In this document: one piece after another, positions 9,887-18,250 of the stretch
Numbering within the stretch: position 1 is the stretch's first letter
Layout of the letters: each line of letters starts with the position of its first letter
Assembly: GCA_015484905.1 (NCBI GenBank)
Contig: WFUN01000072.1
Span: 1-63,818 of the forward strand
Direction: 5' to 3'
Source: Hydrogenimonas sp.
GTDB taxonomy: Bacteria > Campylobacterota > Campylobacteria > Campylobacterales > Hydrogenimonadaceae
DNA: 63,818 nt
Notes under the pieces: generated by a model
What the model was told of the DNA's origin: nothing
The model's database searches: none
The model's input: only the letters and a program-made list of their open reading frames with translations
Translations under genes and position numbers: made by a program

Positions 9887-11839
9887 ATGTTGAAAAAAAT
9901 TACAATAAAAACAAAAATATACTCTTTGACCTTTTTTATTATCTCTCTTATGATTGGTTTTTATGCCATATTTCAGTACAAAAACGACACTATGCAAAAA
10001 ATTGACGAGCAAGCGGCTCTCGCTATCCATATAAACAACTCTCTTTATAAAAATATGGACAAACTCAATATGCTTTTATGGCAGGAGGAGCCATTGAAAA
10101 CCGACTCCGTCATTGCCAATATCAAAGCTATAAAAAAAACGAGCTTAAAACTTCAAAAAAGCCTTGGAAACAGCTTCATGGGCAAAGAAGCTAAAAAGAT
10201 CGGCTCCATGTCACAAAAAATAGCAGATGAATTGAAACGTTTCAAAAAGACTCTTGAAGCTACAAAAAAAGCGAAAACCTCACTTGAAAGCATTTCAACA
10301 GAGGTTAGTGAAAAAATTCAGAAGCTTGGTAGAAAAATCGATACTGCCACAGTAAAGCTGGTTCAAAACAACGCACCTATCAAGGAGATCAGAGAGAGCG
10401 TAGTAATGGCTTCTGCCGCCAATACTTTAATAGACATGCTCAAAAATCTTCGAATAAAAGAGCTGAACTACTCATATCTGTTAACCGAAAAAGGTGAAAA
10501 AAACATCTTCTACAGTCTCGAAGAGCTTTTAAATTATACTGCTTATCTGAAAGAAAAGATCAGGAGCGAGCCAGAGAACAAAAAGCTCGTTTCTCAAATA
10601 CTCTCCAGACTGACAAAATATGACGAAGGTTTTAAAAATCATATTGCACATATTAGAGAATTATATGCAGAAAGGAGCAATATTTTCAGACTGTTGAGAG
10701 ATATTACTCTTTTGGCACAAAACCTCTCAACAAAGCTGAACACAGAAGCGTATAAAGTAAAAGAGGCGATAAAAATCCAGGTCATCACTCTACTTATTGT
10801 CATAATAGGATTGGTTTTAATCGTTATGCCCATATTGGCAAAATCGATCCTGAAACCAATAGGACAGCTTGCTGCAACAGCAAAAGAGCTGAGCAGCGGA
10901 AACGGTGATCTTACAAGAGAGCTCAAGATTCACTCAGACGATGAAATCGGCATAGCGAGTCGATATATAAACAGATTTTTGCAAGTTGTTCATGAGGTTA
11001 TTTCGGAAGCAAAAGAGTCCGGAAAGGAGAACATGGCAATATCGGAACATTTAAATGAAGTAAGACGCCGATTTGAAAAAATCATGGACCACGAAACGAA
11101 AAAGCTCAAAGAGATAACCGCAACGAGCTCTGGAGTAAAACGAAGTCTGGAGAGCAATACAGAAGATGCAAACAGCACCATAAAAGATGTACATAAAATA
11201 AACGATACTTTGCAAAATGTTCACAAAGAGATTAGAGGGATGGTAGATGAGATTCAACAAAACGCATCGAGAGAATCGGAGCTTGCGGGCGAGCTCAACC
11301 ATCTGTTGGAGAGTGTAAACGACGTTAAAAATGTACTACAGGTAATAGAAGATATTGCTGAGCAGACCAACCTACTTGCACTGAATGCAGCTATCGAAGC
11401 TGCGAGGGCTGGTGAGCATGGACGGGGCTTTACAGTGGTAGCGGATGAGGTACGAAAGCTTGCCGAACGAACACAAAAAAGCATATTGGAGATAAATGCG
11501 ACTGTAGGCACAATCATACAGGCGGTTGCAGATGTCAGCAAGGAGATCGACTCAAACGTTGAAAAGACCCAGAGACTTGCGGATATTTCATGCGATGTAC
11601 AGACAAGTATGGAATCGATGGCGGCTGTTATGAATGAGACCACACAGTTTATAGGAAAGAGCGTCGAAGAGTCTATCAAAGTCTCAAAGCAGACCGGAAG
11701 TATTATAGAACAGATAGAAGACCTTTCAAAAGAGTCTTTGAAATCTCAAGAGCTTTTACACGAAATCGGTAAGCTTTCCGATGAAATGATTCATGTAGTC
11801 AACGAACTAAACAACAAATTGAACAAATTCAAAACCTAA
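9887..11839 (+). CDS. Methyl-accepting chemotaxis protein
   Basis: Two TM segments, HAMP (GDLTREL..DEIG), signalling hairpin [40 protein letters not shown]. Confidence 0.95.
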   Translation: MLKKITIKTKIYSLTFFIISLMIGFYAIFQYKNDTMQKIDEQAALAIHINNSLYKNMDKLNMLLWQEEPLKTDSVIANIKAIKKTSLKLQKSLGNSFMGKEAKKIGSMSQKIADELKRFKKTLEATKKAKTSLESISTEVSEKIQKLGRKIDTATVKLVQNNAPIKEIRESVVMASAANTLIDMLKNLRIKELNYSYLLTEKGEKNIFYSLEELLNYTAYLKEKIRSEPENKKLVSQILSRLTKYDEGFKNHIAHIRELYAERSNIFRLLRDITLLAQNLSTKLNTEAYKVKEAIKIQVITLLIVIIGLVLIVMPILAKSILKPIGQLAATAKELSSGNGDLTRELKIHSDDEIGIASRYINRFLQVVHEVISEAKESGKENMAISEHLNEVRRRFEKIMDHETKKLKEITATSSGVKRSLESNTEDANSTIKDVHKINDTLQNVHKEIRGMVDEIQQNASRESELAGELNHLLESVNDVKNVLQVIEDIAEQTNLLALNAAIEAARAGEHGRGFTVVADEVRKLAERTQKSILEINATVGTIIQAVADVSKEIDSNVEKTQRLADISCDVQTSMESMAAVMNETTQFIGKSVEESIKVSKQTGSIIEQIEDLSKESLKSQELLHEIGKLSDEMIHVVNELNNKLNKFKT

Positions 11840-11881
11840 AAAAAGCTAAATATACATTAATTACGTATTTGAGACCTCTTT

Positions 11882-12709
11882 CTACTCGTTAATATGAGCT
11901 ATCTTCTCTCCAAATCTGACGTGGGTTCTGTCATTTGTGCGGACATCCATTAGGCCTGGTTCCGCAAAAAGAAGTACGGTCGAGCCCATCATGAACATAC
12001 CGAGAAGATCACCTTTGTATATCCACAAAGATCTGTCATCGTAACGATAAAGAGTCGGTTCGTATCTGTCTGCATTGGTCTTGATGCGGTGGTCAAAAGC
12101 TATCGTCATCTTTCCAACATTCAAAGCTCCCACCAACACTATGAAAATACGTCCGCCGTTTTCGGTAAAACACTCAAGAATGACCCTCTCGTTCTCCACA
12201 AATAGCTCTTTTGTTCGTCTGAGCGATGGAAAGTTGACCGGGTAGAGCTTACCTGGCTGGTGCAGAATGGATACTACACGCAGCTTGTAGGGCATATGGT
12301 AGCGGTGGTAATCTTTGGGTGAGAGATAGAGGTTTATGTATGTACCGTCGTACAACGCTTTTGCCTCTTTGCCGTACTGCAGAGTCAGAAGGTCGTTTAT
12401 GCTGTACTCCATCCCTTTTATCTGCATGGAGACATCTTTTTTAAGCTTTCCGCACTCGGTTACGTAAGCATCCACTGGCGAAATGAGCGCCCCTGCCCTC
12501 TGGTCGATCGGGCGCGGCTTTTTAAGCTCCCTTGTAAAGAGTTTGTTCAGCGTCGGATACGTCGATGGAGGGGCGAACTCGCTCATGTCGAGCCCCAGCA
12601 GATTTACATAGGCGTGGTTTATGAACGACTGTATTTTGGATGGAAACTCATGGTCGGCAAACTTTCCGAAAAGTTGCGAAACGGTGTTTGTTACATGCTT
12701 TTTAGTCAA
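11882..12709 (-). CDS. psd: Phosphatidylserine decarboxylase
   Basis: LFTRELK, ISPVD, YLSPKDYHRYHMP, LFVENER, VGALNVG, MGST cleavage motif. Confidence 0.93.
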   Translation of the reverse strand: MTKKHVTNTVSQLFGKFADHEFPSKIQSFINHAYVNLLGLDMSEFAPPSTYPTLNKLFTRELKKPRPIDQRAGALISPVDAYVTECGKLKKDVSMQIKGMEYSINDLLTLQYGKEAKALYDGTYINLYLSPKDYHRYHMPYKLRVVSILHQPGKLYPVNFPSLRRTKELFVENERVILECFTENGGRIFIVLVGALNVGKMTIAFDHRIKTNADRYEPTLYRYDDRSLWIYKGDLLGMFMMGSTVLLFAEPGLMDVRTNDRTHVRFGEKIAHINE

Positions 12710-12710
12710 T

Positions 12711-13529
12711 CTATATCCTCCCGAGCGCCTCTTTTATTAGCGCTATATGGTAATCTTTCTGAAAATTTATGAAATCGAAAAAGGAGCTCAGCTCTTCATC
12801 ATTAACAGCTACCGCAAGCTCTTTGCGCCGCTTTTTGGCTCCAAGCTCCTCCTCTATGCCATTTTCAATAGACCTCTTCAGGGACTCGAAGCGGTAGATC
12901 TCCTGTGTCACCATTCTCGGAACCGCCAAAATACCCATCTTCGCCATCATAAGGGCGAAAGACCTCAGGTGATATTTGGACTCGTCTATGAGTATCTGAA
13001 AGATCTCGGTCACCCTCTTGTCATCTACCTGAGTCTGGGCGTACGAGCAGATGACGATAAGCTCATACTCCTTGTAACTCTCTTCGAACAAAAACCTGAC
13101 CAGCGCATCCACAGACCTCTTGTCGAGCTCCCTGCCACCCAGTTTCAAAGAGTTGTCGAAGGCGGTAACTTCTGCCTCTCTTTCACTCTCTTTTTTTAAA
13201 ACAGAGCGAATGTAGCCAAGATCGCTTATCATCCTGTTTGCGAGGGGGTCCGCACTCGGACCGAGCTGCGACTCTATGCGCTCCAGCGCCTCGACACAAA
13301 AGAGGGCGGCTTCGCCTTCGGTTTTAAAGCCAAGCTTTACGGGGGGTCGCTCATAGCTGTACTCTATGCCTTTTTTTACATATACGGACTCTATGAAACG
13401 CAGATGTCTGTAAAGAATCTCGGAGAAGTCATAAAGTCTCTCGCCGAGCTCCCTGTCTCTTACCGCAAACGAGGCAAAAAGCAGCCTCAACCACCCCTCA
13501 TGAACCGACGTAAATAGTCTCTTAGCCAT
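12711..13529 (-). CDS. Ferritin-like (ExxH) domain protein
   Basis: Helical; EESYKEYEL, ILIDESKYHL, GIEEE, QKDYH. Upstream TATAAT and AAGGA favour MAKRLF at 13529 (ORF track 13565). Confidence 0.6.
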   Translation of the reverse strand: MAKRLFTSVHEGWLRLLFASFAVRDRELGERLYDFSEILYRHLRFIESVYVKKGIEYSYERPPVKLGFKTEGEAALFCVEALERIESQLGPSADPLANRMISDLGYIRSVLKKESEREAEVTAFDNSLKLGGRELDKRSVDALVRFLFEESYKEYELIVICSYAQTQVDDKRVTEIFQILIDESKYHLRSFALMMAKMGILAVPRMVTQEIYRFESLKRSIENGIEEELGAKKRRKELAVAVNDEELSSFFDFINFQKDYHIALIKEALGRI

Positions 13530-13752
13530 CTTCATCCTTCTCTTTTTTACCATTATAAAACGCACACGCTTTGGTTATCATACTCGCAGAAGACGAAGCG
13601 TCTGAACCGCTCTTTTGGGCCTCATACTGCTCCAGCGCCGCCAAAAAAGCCTCTGCCACCATCTCCGAACAGGCCGCCTCTTCAGGCGGCATCTGATCGA
13701 GCTTGCCATAGTTGCGGAGTTCATCATATGATCCATTATCCTGTTTTTTCGT
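13522..13752 (-). pseudogene. Possible 3' remnant of an IscU/NifU-N-like gene
   Basis: Frame bounded by stops at 13753-13755 and 13522-13524 reads ...KLDQMPPEEAACSEMVAEAFLAALEQYE..., resembling the IscU C-terminal helix (LPPxKxHCSxLAxxAxxAAIxDY); no N-terminal half present. Confidence 0.3.
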
Positions 13753-13899
13753 TCACTTGCACTTCTTGTTAACTGTTTGGCAATAGTATTTTGGTGTGCC
13801 ATTATATCGCTTTTAGCTGTTTTAAAGAAAGGTAGAGAAGAGGTTCCAAGATTGGGAAATGAAATCAAACGATTGTTATGTCAAAAATGAGTTGCATAT

Positions 13900-14316
13900 C
13901 TACATTTCAGTTTCTGGTGAAGCAACTGTTTTGTAAACCTTTTCAAGTAGCGGCAGATAGCTGCCTATATGCGCGAATATCTCGTCGGCAAGGGTTTCGT
14001 GGTATGTATGCGAAGCGAGGTTTCTATCGTCTATCATCTGCAGCAGCGATACCACTTCGGAGCGTGAAATATAGCCTGCTGCATGAAACTCCCTAATACA
14101 CCCTTTCGGCGACCGGCACTCCATACCTTCATGAACTAGCAGAAAAGATTTTATGCTTTTCCAGCAGATTTCGAGCGTAAATTCGAAGCGCTGGATTGTC
14201 GAGTCTCTGAAAAAGCTGCGCTCATCCTTATTCAACTGCTCTATTGTCCTGTTGTAGGCCTCTTTCAAACGTTCAAGAGCTTTGTCGAAGTCTTCTACTT
14301 TTTTATCTAATGCCAC
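13900..14316 (-). CDS. HEPN toxin (HepT-like; HI0074 nucleotidyltransferase substrate-binding family)
   Basis: RDSTIQRFEFTLE, SPKGCIRE and RNLASHTY = RX4HXY motif; GTG start at 14316 overlaps the MNT 3' end. Confidence 0.88.
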   Translation of the reverse strand: MALDKKVEDFDKALERLKEAYNRTIEQLNKDERSFFRDSTIQRFEFTLEICWKSIKSFLLVHEGMECRSPKGCIREFHAAGYISRSEVVSLLQMIDDRNLASHTYHETLADEIFAHIGSYLPLLEKVYKTVASPETEM

Positions 14317-14579
14317 CGTACACCCTCTTTTTCTACGATTTTTTTCAGATAAGGGGCCTTTTTTAGGTCGACAAGGTCCACTTTGTACGGCAAGTGCGAC
14401 TCCTCTATTTCGTACCTCGTCCAAGCCAGTTTTTGACCAAGATCGGTATTAGAATATAGCGCGATGTCCAGATCGGACCACTCTGTCTCTTCTTCCCTGG
14501 CATGCGAACCGAACAAGTAGATCTGTGCATCCGGAAAAACCTCGATCAGATAATCTTTTAGATCTTCTATTGTTTCCAT
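14307..14579 (-). CDS. Minimal nucleotidyltransferase antitoxin (MntA-like)
   Basis: LFGSHAREEETEWSDLD = GSX10DXD; VDLVDL; ends EGVRW. Confidence 0.88.
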   Translation of the reverse strand: METIEDLKDYLIEVFPDAQIYLFGSHAREEETEWSDLDIALYSNTDLGQKLAWTRYEIEESHLPYKVDLVDLKKAPYLKKIVEKEGVRWH

Positions 14580-14789
14580 GTGATAATTGTAACATAGACA
14601 AAATTATCGGCCCAATCGGTTATCGACTCTTCAACTATTACCGATCGCTATTTATTGCACGCTAACAAGCACTTTTATCTGGTAGTCTAACTATGTCTTA
14701 TTATACAAGGTGATACTAATACGCTCTTTTTATCTTGTTATCTGGCTATTTGGGAGTTTAACACTGATGGACTTATGTTATTATTATCA

Positions 14790-14814
14790 CCTGACCCCCT
14801 CACAAGCTCACAAG
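14790..14814. repeat. Isolated CCTGACCCC motif plus CTCACAAG x2 tandem
   Basis: Same core as the IR ends flanking the transposase at 38.6-39.5 kb, immediately followed by an 8-bp tandem duplication. Confidence 0.45.
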
Positions 14815-14841
14815 TAGAGCAATAAGTGAAGTGTTTTACAC

Positions 14842-16407
14842 TTACAGACCCGGTGCCTTCCACATCGGCTGCGTCAATCCCCGCTCCGTCAGTTCCAGCT
14901 GCGCGGCATAGATCTCTTGCCACTGTCGCGAGATGTTGCGATACTGTTTGTGATTCTCCATATCCGGTTCGTACCGCCGCTGCCAGCGTACCAGTCTCTT
15001 CGCCGCTTCCGGGATGCTTTCGTAGATGCCCGCTCCGACGCCGGCGGCCATGGCAGCACCCAGTGCAGTCGCTTCTGTCACTTCCGGAATTTTGATCACT
15101 GCACCCGTAACGTCGGCCAGGATCCGGCACCAGAGATCTCCTTTGCTCGCACCGCCGGCAAAGACGATCTCGTCGAAAGAGAGTCCCGTGAAAGCCTCGA
15201 TCTTTTCAAGATTGATAGCCGAGACGATACAGGCATTCTCTTCAAGACTTCTAAACATCGAAGCCCTGTTGCAGACGGCGGGGTCAATGGAAAGATTGAT
15301 GAAAGAGGGAGCGGCATGGTACCATCTGCCGTATTTCATGCTGTCGGAAAAGATAGGCATGATGCCATGCGAACCGATGGGAACCTCTTTGGCTTTCTCT
15401 TCGAGAATGGCGTAGGCATCTTTGCCCTGCTCGAGAGCTTCGATTTTTTCCTTATCGCAAAAGGCGTCCCTGAACCATCGTATGACGAGTCCACTGAAAA
15501 AGGTGATCCCCTCCGCCTGTGAAAGAGTGTCGACGACATGTGGGTTGACACGAATACCCATATCTTCGGGCGGTGTCGTACTGTTTTTGATGTTGACTAC
15601 CTGCTGCCAGAACGAGCCGCCCAGGATCGCGACCTGCCCCTCTCTTACCACGCCAAGTCCTGCGGAACCAAGCTGCACATCTCCGCCTCCCATGACAACC
15701 TTTGTCGTCGTGGCGAGCCCCGTTTCAGCGGCTGATTGCTCCCTCACCTTTCCCATGACTGTTCCAGGCTCCAGTACAGGCGGAAAGATATCTTCTTTAA
15801 TCCCCACTATGGCAGCCATCTGCGGCTCCCATACTCTTTTTGAGAGCGAAAAGATCCCTGTAGTCCCGCCGTTGCTTGGGTCTGTGGCGATGACACCGGA
15901 TAGTTTGGCAAGAATCCAGTCGCCGATCATAGAGATATATGCCGTTTTCTCATAAAGTTCGGGGCGATGGTTCTTCAGCCACAGAAGTCTAGGCAGCGCG
16001 CCCAGCGCAAATGTCTGGCCCGAACGTGCATAGAACTCCTCTTCGATACCGGGGAAATGCTCTTTAAGGTATTTGACCTCTTCAGATGCGCGTGCATCTA
16101 CATTGGCCACACCCCAGAGCGCTTCCCCATCGCTGTCGTACAAAACGATCCCTTCGCGCATGCTCGTCGCACTGACCGCCGCTATATCTTCGCCGCGAAG
16201 AGCCGCTTTTGCAAGAGCATCACGTATGCAAGCCGCAACCAGCGTCCAGTTTTTTTCTGTATCGAAGGTCATGCTGTTTTCGACACCCTCCTCGTGCAGG
16301 TGTCTCCACTCCCGCTGAGAAGCGGAGACCTGATTGCCTTCACTATCGAAGACAACTGCCCTGATACTGCCCGTTCCCGCATCGATCGCCATCAAATACT
16401 TCATCAC
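14842..16407 (-). CDS. lsrK: Autoinducer-2 kinase (FGGY family)
   Basis: YLMAIDAGTGSIRAVVFD, EWRHL, SMREGIVLY, ANVDARA, DPSNGGTTG, GGGDVQLG, C-terminal WKAPGL; these match my recollection of enterobacterial LsrK. Confidence 0.88.
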   Translation of the reverse strand: MMKYLMAIDAGTGSIRAVVFDSEGNQVSASQREWRHLHEEGVENSMTFDTEKNWTLVAACIRDALAKAALRGEDIAAVSATSMREGIVLYDSDGEALWGVANVDARASEEVKYLKEHFPGIEEEFYARSGQTFALGALPRLLWLKNHRPELYEKTAYISMIGDWILAKLSGVIATDPSNGGTTGIFSLSKRVWEPQMAAIVGIKEDIFPPVLEPGTVMGKVREQSAAETGLATTTKVVMGGGDVQLGSAGLGVVREGQVAILGGSFWQQVVNIKNSTTPPEDMGIRVNPHVVDTLSQAEGITFFSGLVIRWFRDAFCDKEKIEALEQGKDAYAILEEKAKEVPIGSHGIMPIFSDSMKYGRWYHAAPSFINLSIDPAVCNRASMFRSLEENACIVSAINLEKIEAFTGLSFDEIVFAGGASKGDLWCRILADVTGAVIKIPEVTEATALGAAMAAGVGAGIYESIPEAAKRLVRWQRRYEPDMENHKQYRNISRQWQEIYAAQLELTERGLTQPMWKAPGL

Positions 16408-16410
16408 TTC

Positions 16411-17586
16411 CTACCTTTTCAGTTTTGCCTGTTCGAGCTCCCAGTACTCCATCTCGAAGCTCTCTTTCTCGTCGATGCTACGATAGCCTCCCAACTTGTC
16501 GGCACGCAGCACGGCACGCATTGTATGTTTGACAATATCACCCATCACATCCACCTCTTTCCGGTTTCTTCCAAAAAGCACAACTCCAAAACCTTTGATA
16601 ACGGCATAATTGGGTGCCGGGTTTAGCATAATCTCATCGGTTGCATATGTTTTGAAGTATCTTTCATAAGCCGCAATATAAGCGGCTACGGCTTTTTCGA
16701 TATCGTCATCTTCCAGTACAAGCGGCACTCTTTTGGTACGGATGATATGCTCCGGCGTCAACACCCCCCTGGTGGCGAAATCGCCAAGGTTTTCCTGAGA
16801 ACTGTACAGTAGCGCCAGATCGCTCTGGTCTGTTTTCATCACAACTTCGTGCCCTTTGGCCCTCTCTATTACCTCCTTGAGCCTGTCAAGATCGAACGGC
16901 TTCGGTACTCTCTGCTTCTCTGTATTCAGCGGCGCACTCTTCTCTAAAAATGTCTCCGCCTGCGATACGGCATCGATCATCTTTTCATAGGAGCTTCGGG
17001 CATCGTCGCCGAAGGTGAAGATACCGTGGTGGTGCAGAATGATACCACGACAGTTTTGCCAGTCGAAATCTTTTGTCATCTCGTAAATGGCATGGGCAAG
17101 GATAAATCCAGGCATAATGTATGGGACGATCAGGAAATCTGGGAAAAGCCCGTCGATCAGCGCTTCGCCATTGCGCGAATTGGAGATCGTCACTACGGCG
17201 TCGGCATGCGTATGATCGACAAATTTGAAAGGGATTAGAGCATGCAAAATAGCCTCGACGGATGGATTCGGCGCTTTCGGATTCATCATCGCCGCCTTCT
17301 GCTCTGCCACCATTTGTGTATCGCTCAGCGTCTTTCGTTTTGCCATATTCAGCAGGGCGGCAAGACGTACCGGGGCGAAGCCCTCCTCCTTTATGAAGGC
17401 GAGATCCCAGCCGCTCCCCTTGACATACAGGATATCTTCACCGTTCTCTTCGATTTTTACCGAAGTGTTCCCACCGCCGTGCAGCACCAGTTCGTCGCTT
17501 CGGCCAAGCAGGTTGGAAGTGTAGACCCTCAATGCCAGGTCTCCGCTACAATACCTCGCCGCATTTTCGTCCCATAAGCTCTTCAC
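16411..17586 (-). CDS. Class II aldolase/adducin family protein (RhaD-SDR N-terminal type, stand-alone)
   Basis: LVLHGGGNTSVK, YVKGSGWDL, PSVEAILHA, DHTHADA, HHGIFTFG, TPEHIIRTK, EYWELEQAKL; no fused SDR domain. Confidence 0.85.
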   Translation of the reverse strand: MKSLWDENAARYCSGDLALRVYTSNLLGRSDELVLHGGGNTSVKIEENGEDILYVKGSGWDLAFIKEEGFAPVRLAALLNMAKRKTLSDTQMVAEQKAAMMNPKAPNPSVEAILHALIPFKFVDHTHADAVVTISNSRNGEALIDGLFPDFLIVPYIMPGFILAHAIYEMTKDFDWQNCRGIILHHHGIFTFGDDARSSYEKMIDAVSQAETFLEKSAPLNTEKQRVPKPFDLDRLKEVIERAKGHEVVMKTDQSDLALLYSSQENLGDFATRGVLTPEHIIRTKRVPLVLEDDDIEKAVAAYIAAYERYFKTYATDEIMLNPAPNYAVIKGFGVVLFGRNRKEVDVMGDIVKHTMRAVLRADKLGGYRSIDEKESFEMEYWELEQAKLKR

Positions 17587-17589
17587 GAC

Positions 17590-17877
17590 CTACCCCAGTA
17601 CGGTAAGTTCGTCAGTATATTTTTTCTCGCAATAGGGTTCGTAGCTCGATTTGTAAACAGCATAGTGCGAGGATCTCTTGTGTCCATCGAGTGCCGCTTC
17701 GTCACGCCACGTCTCTACCGCCATGAATTTGCGCGGGTTATCCTTGTACTGGAATATCTCGTAGAAGATGCACCCCTCCTCGGCTTTGCTAGGCTCCACC
17801 ATGGCAGATAGCAGCTCTCTCATCTTCTCCTCGCTCCCCTCTTTGGCGATAAAAGTTACACGTTTGGTAATCATCAT
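17590..17877 (-). CDS. ABM/LsrG-like isomerase (putative monooxygenase fold)
   Basis: SKAEEGCIFYEIFQ, FMAVETWRDEAALDGHKRSSHY; AAGGAG RBS before ATG 17877; two genes upstream of lsrK. Confidence 0.8.
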   Translation of the reverse strand: MMITKRVTFIAKEGSEEKMRELLSAMVEPSKAEEGCIFYEIFQYKDNPRKFMAVETWRDEAALDGHKRSSHYAVYKSSYEPYCEKKYTDELTVLG

Positions 17878-18110
17878 TGTCAAACTCCTTTTAAAGATAG
17901 TTGATTTTATTACCAAAAATCTTCGATTCGGCTTTGGTCACTCCTTCAGATTTTTTCACACACAGATCGCTTCGTACCGTTCTTCCAGAAGGGTGCAGAA
18001 CTTTCGCTCATACTCGGCGTTGATTTTTCTCGAATTCGCTTTGGGGAGTCTTGCAAAAATCTGCCTTAATTATGAACGAAATTGCTTCATCAAAAATTGA
18101 ATTATTTACG

Positions 18111-18125
18111 GTGCTGTAATAAAAA
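18111..18125 (-). promoter_or_regulatory. Motif A (TTTTTATTACAGCAC) upstream of the lsr-like operon
   Basis: 14/15 identical to 23385-23399 upstream of mtnK, in the same orientation relative to each operon. Confidence 0.45.
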
Positions 18126-18186
18126 TACAAAAGCATCTGGTATAAATTTTAAAATTTTCCCTTTATCTCTGCTAAAGATATACCTC

Positions 18187-18219
18187 TTACACACTATATA
18201 CACGCTTCACAGATAGCAT
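18187..18219 (+). promoter_or_regulatory. Motif B: tandem TRCAC direct repeat (11-bp period) plus -10 box upstream of copA
   Basis: TTACACACTATATACACGCTTCACAGATAGCAT aligns gap-free with the doxX upstream element. Confidence 0.6.
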
Positions 18220-18250
18220 ATTACTATAAAAACTGGATAGAGGAGCCGCC

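Noticed and set aside
13578-13868. 96-aa Arg-rich ORF
   Set aside because: No recognisable family; another frame over the same DNA looks more protein-like.
17880-18100. Possible gene tail (…INAEYERKFCTLLEERYEAICV*) upstream of the lsrG-like gene
   Set aside because: Too short to assign, with no start and no resemblance to LsrF or LsrR that I can support.
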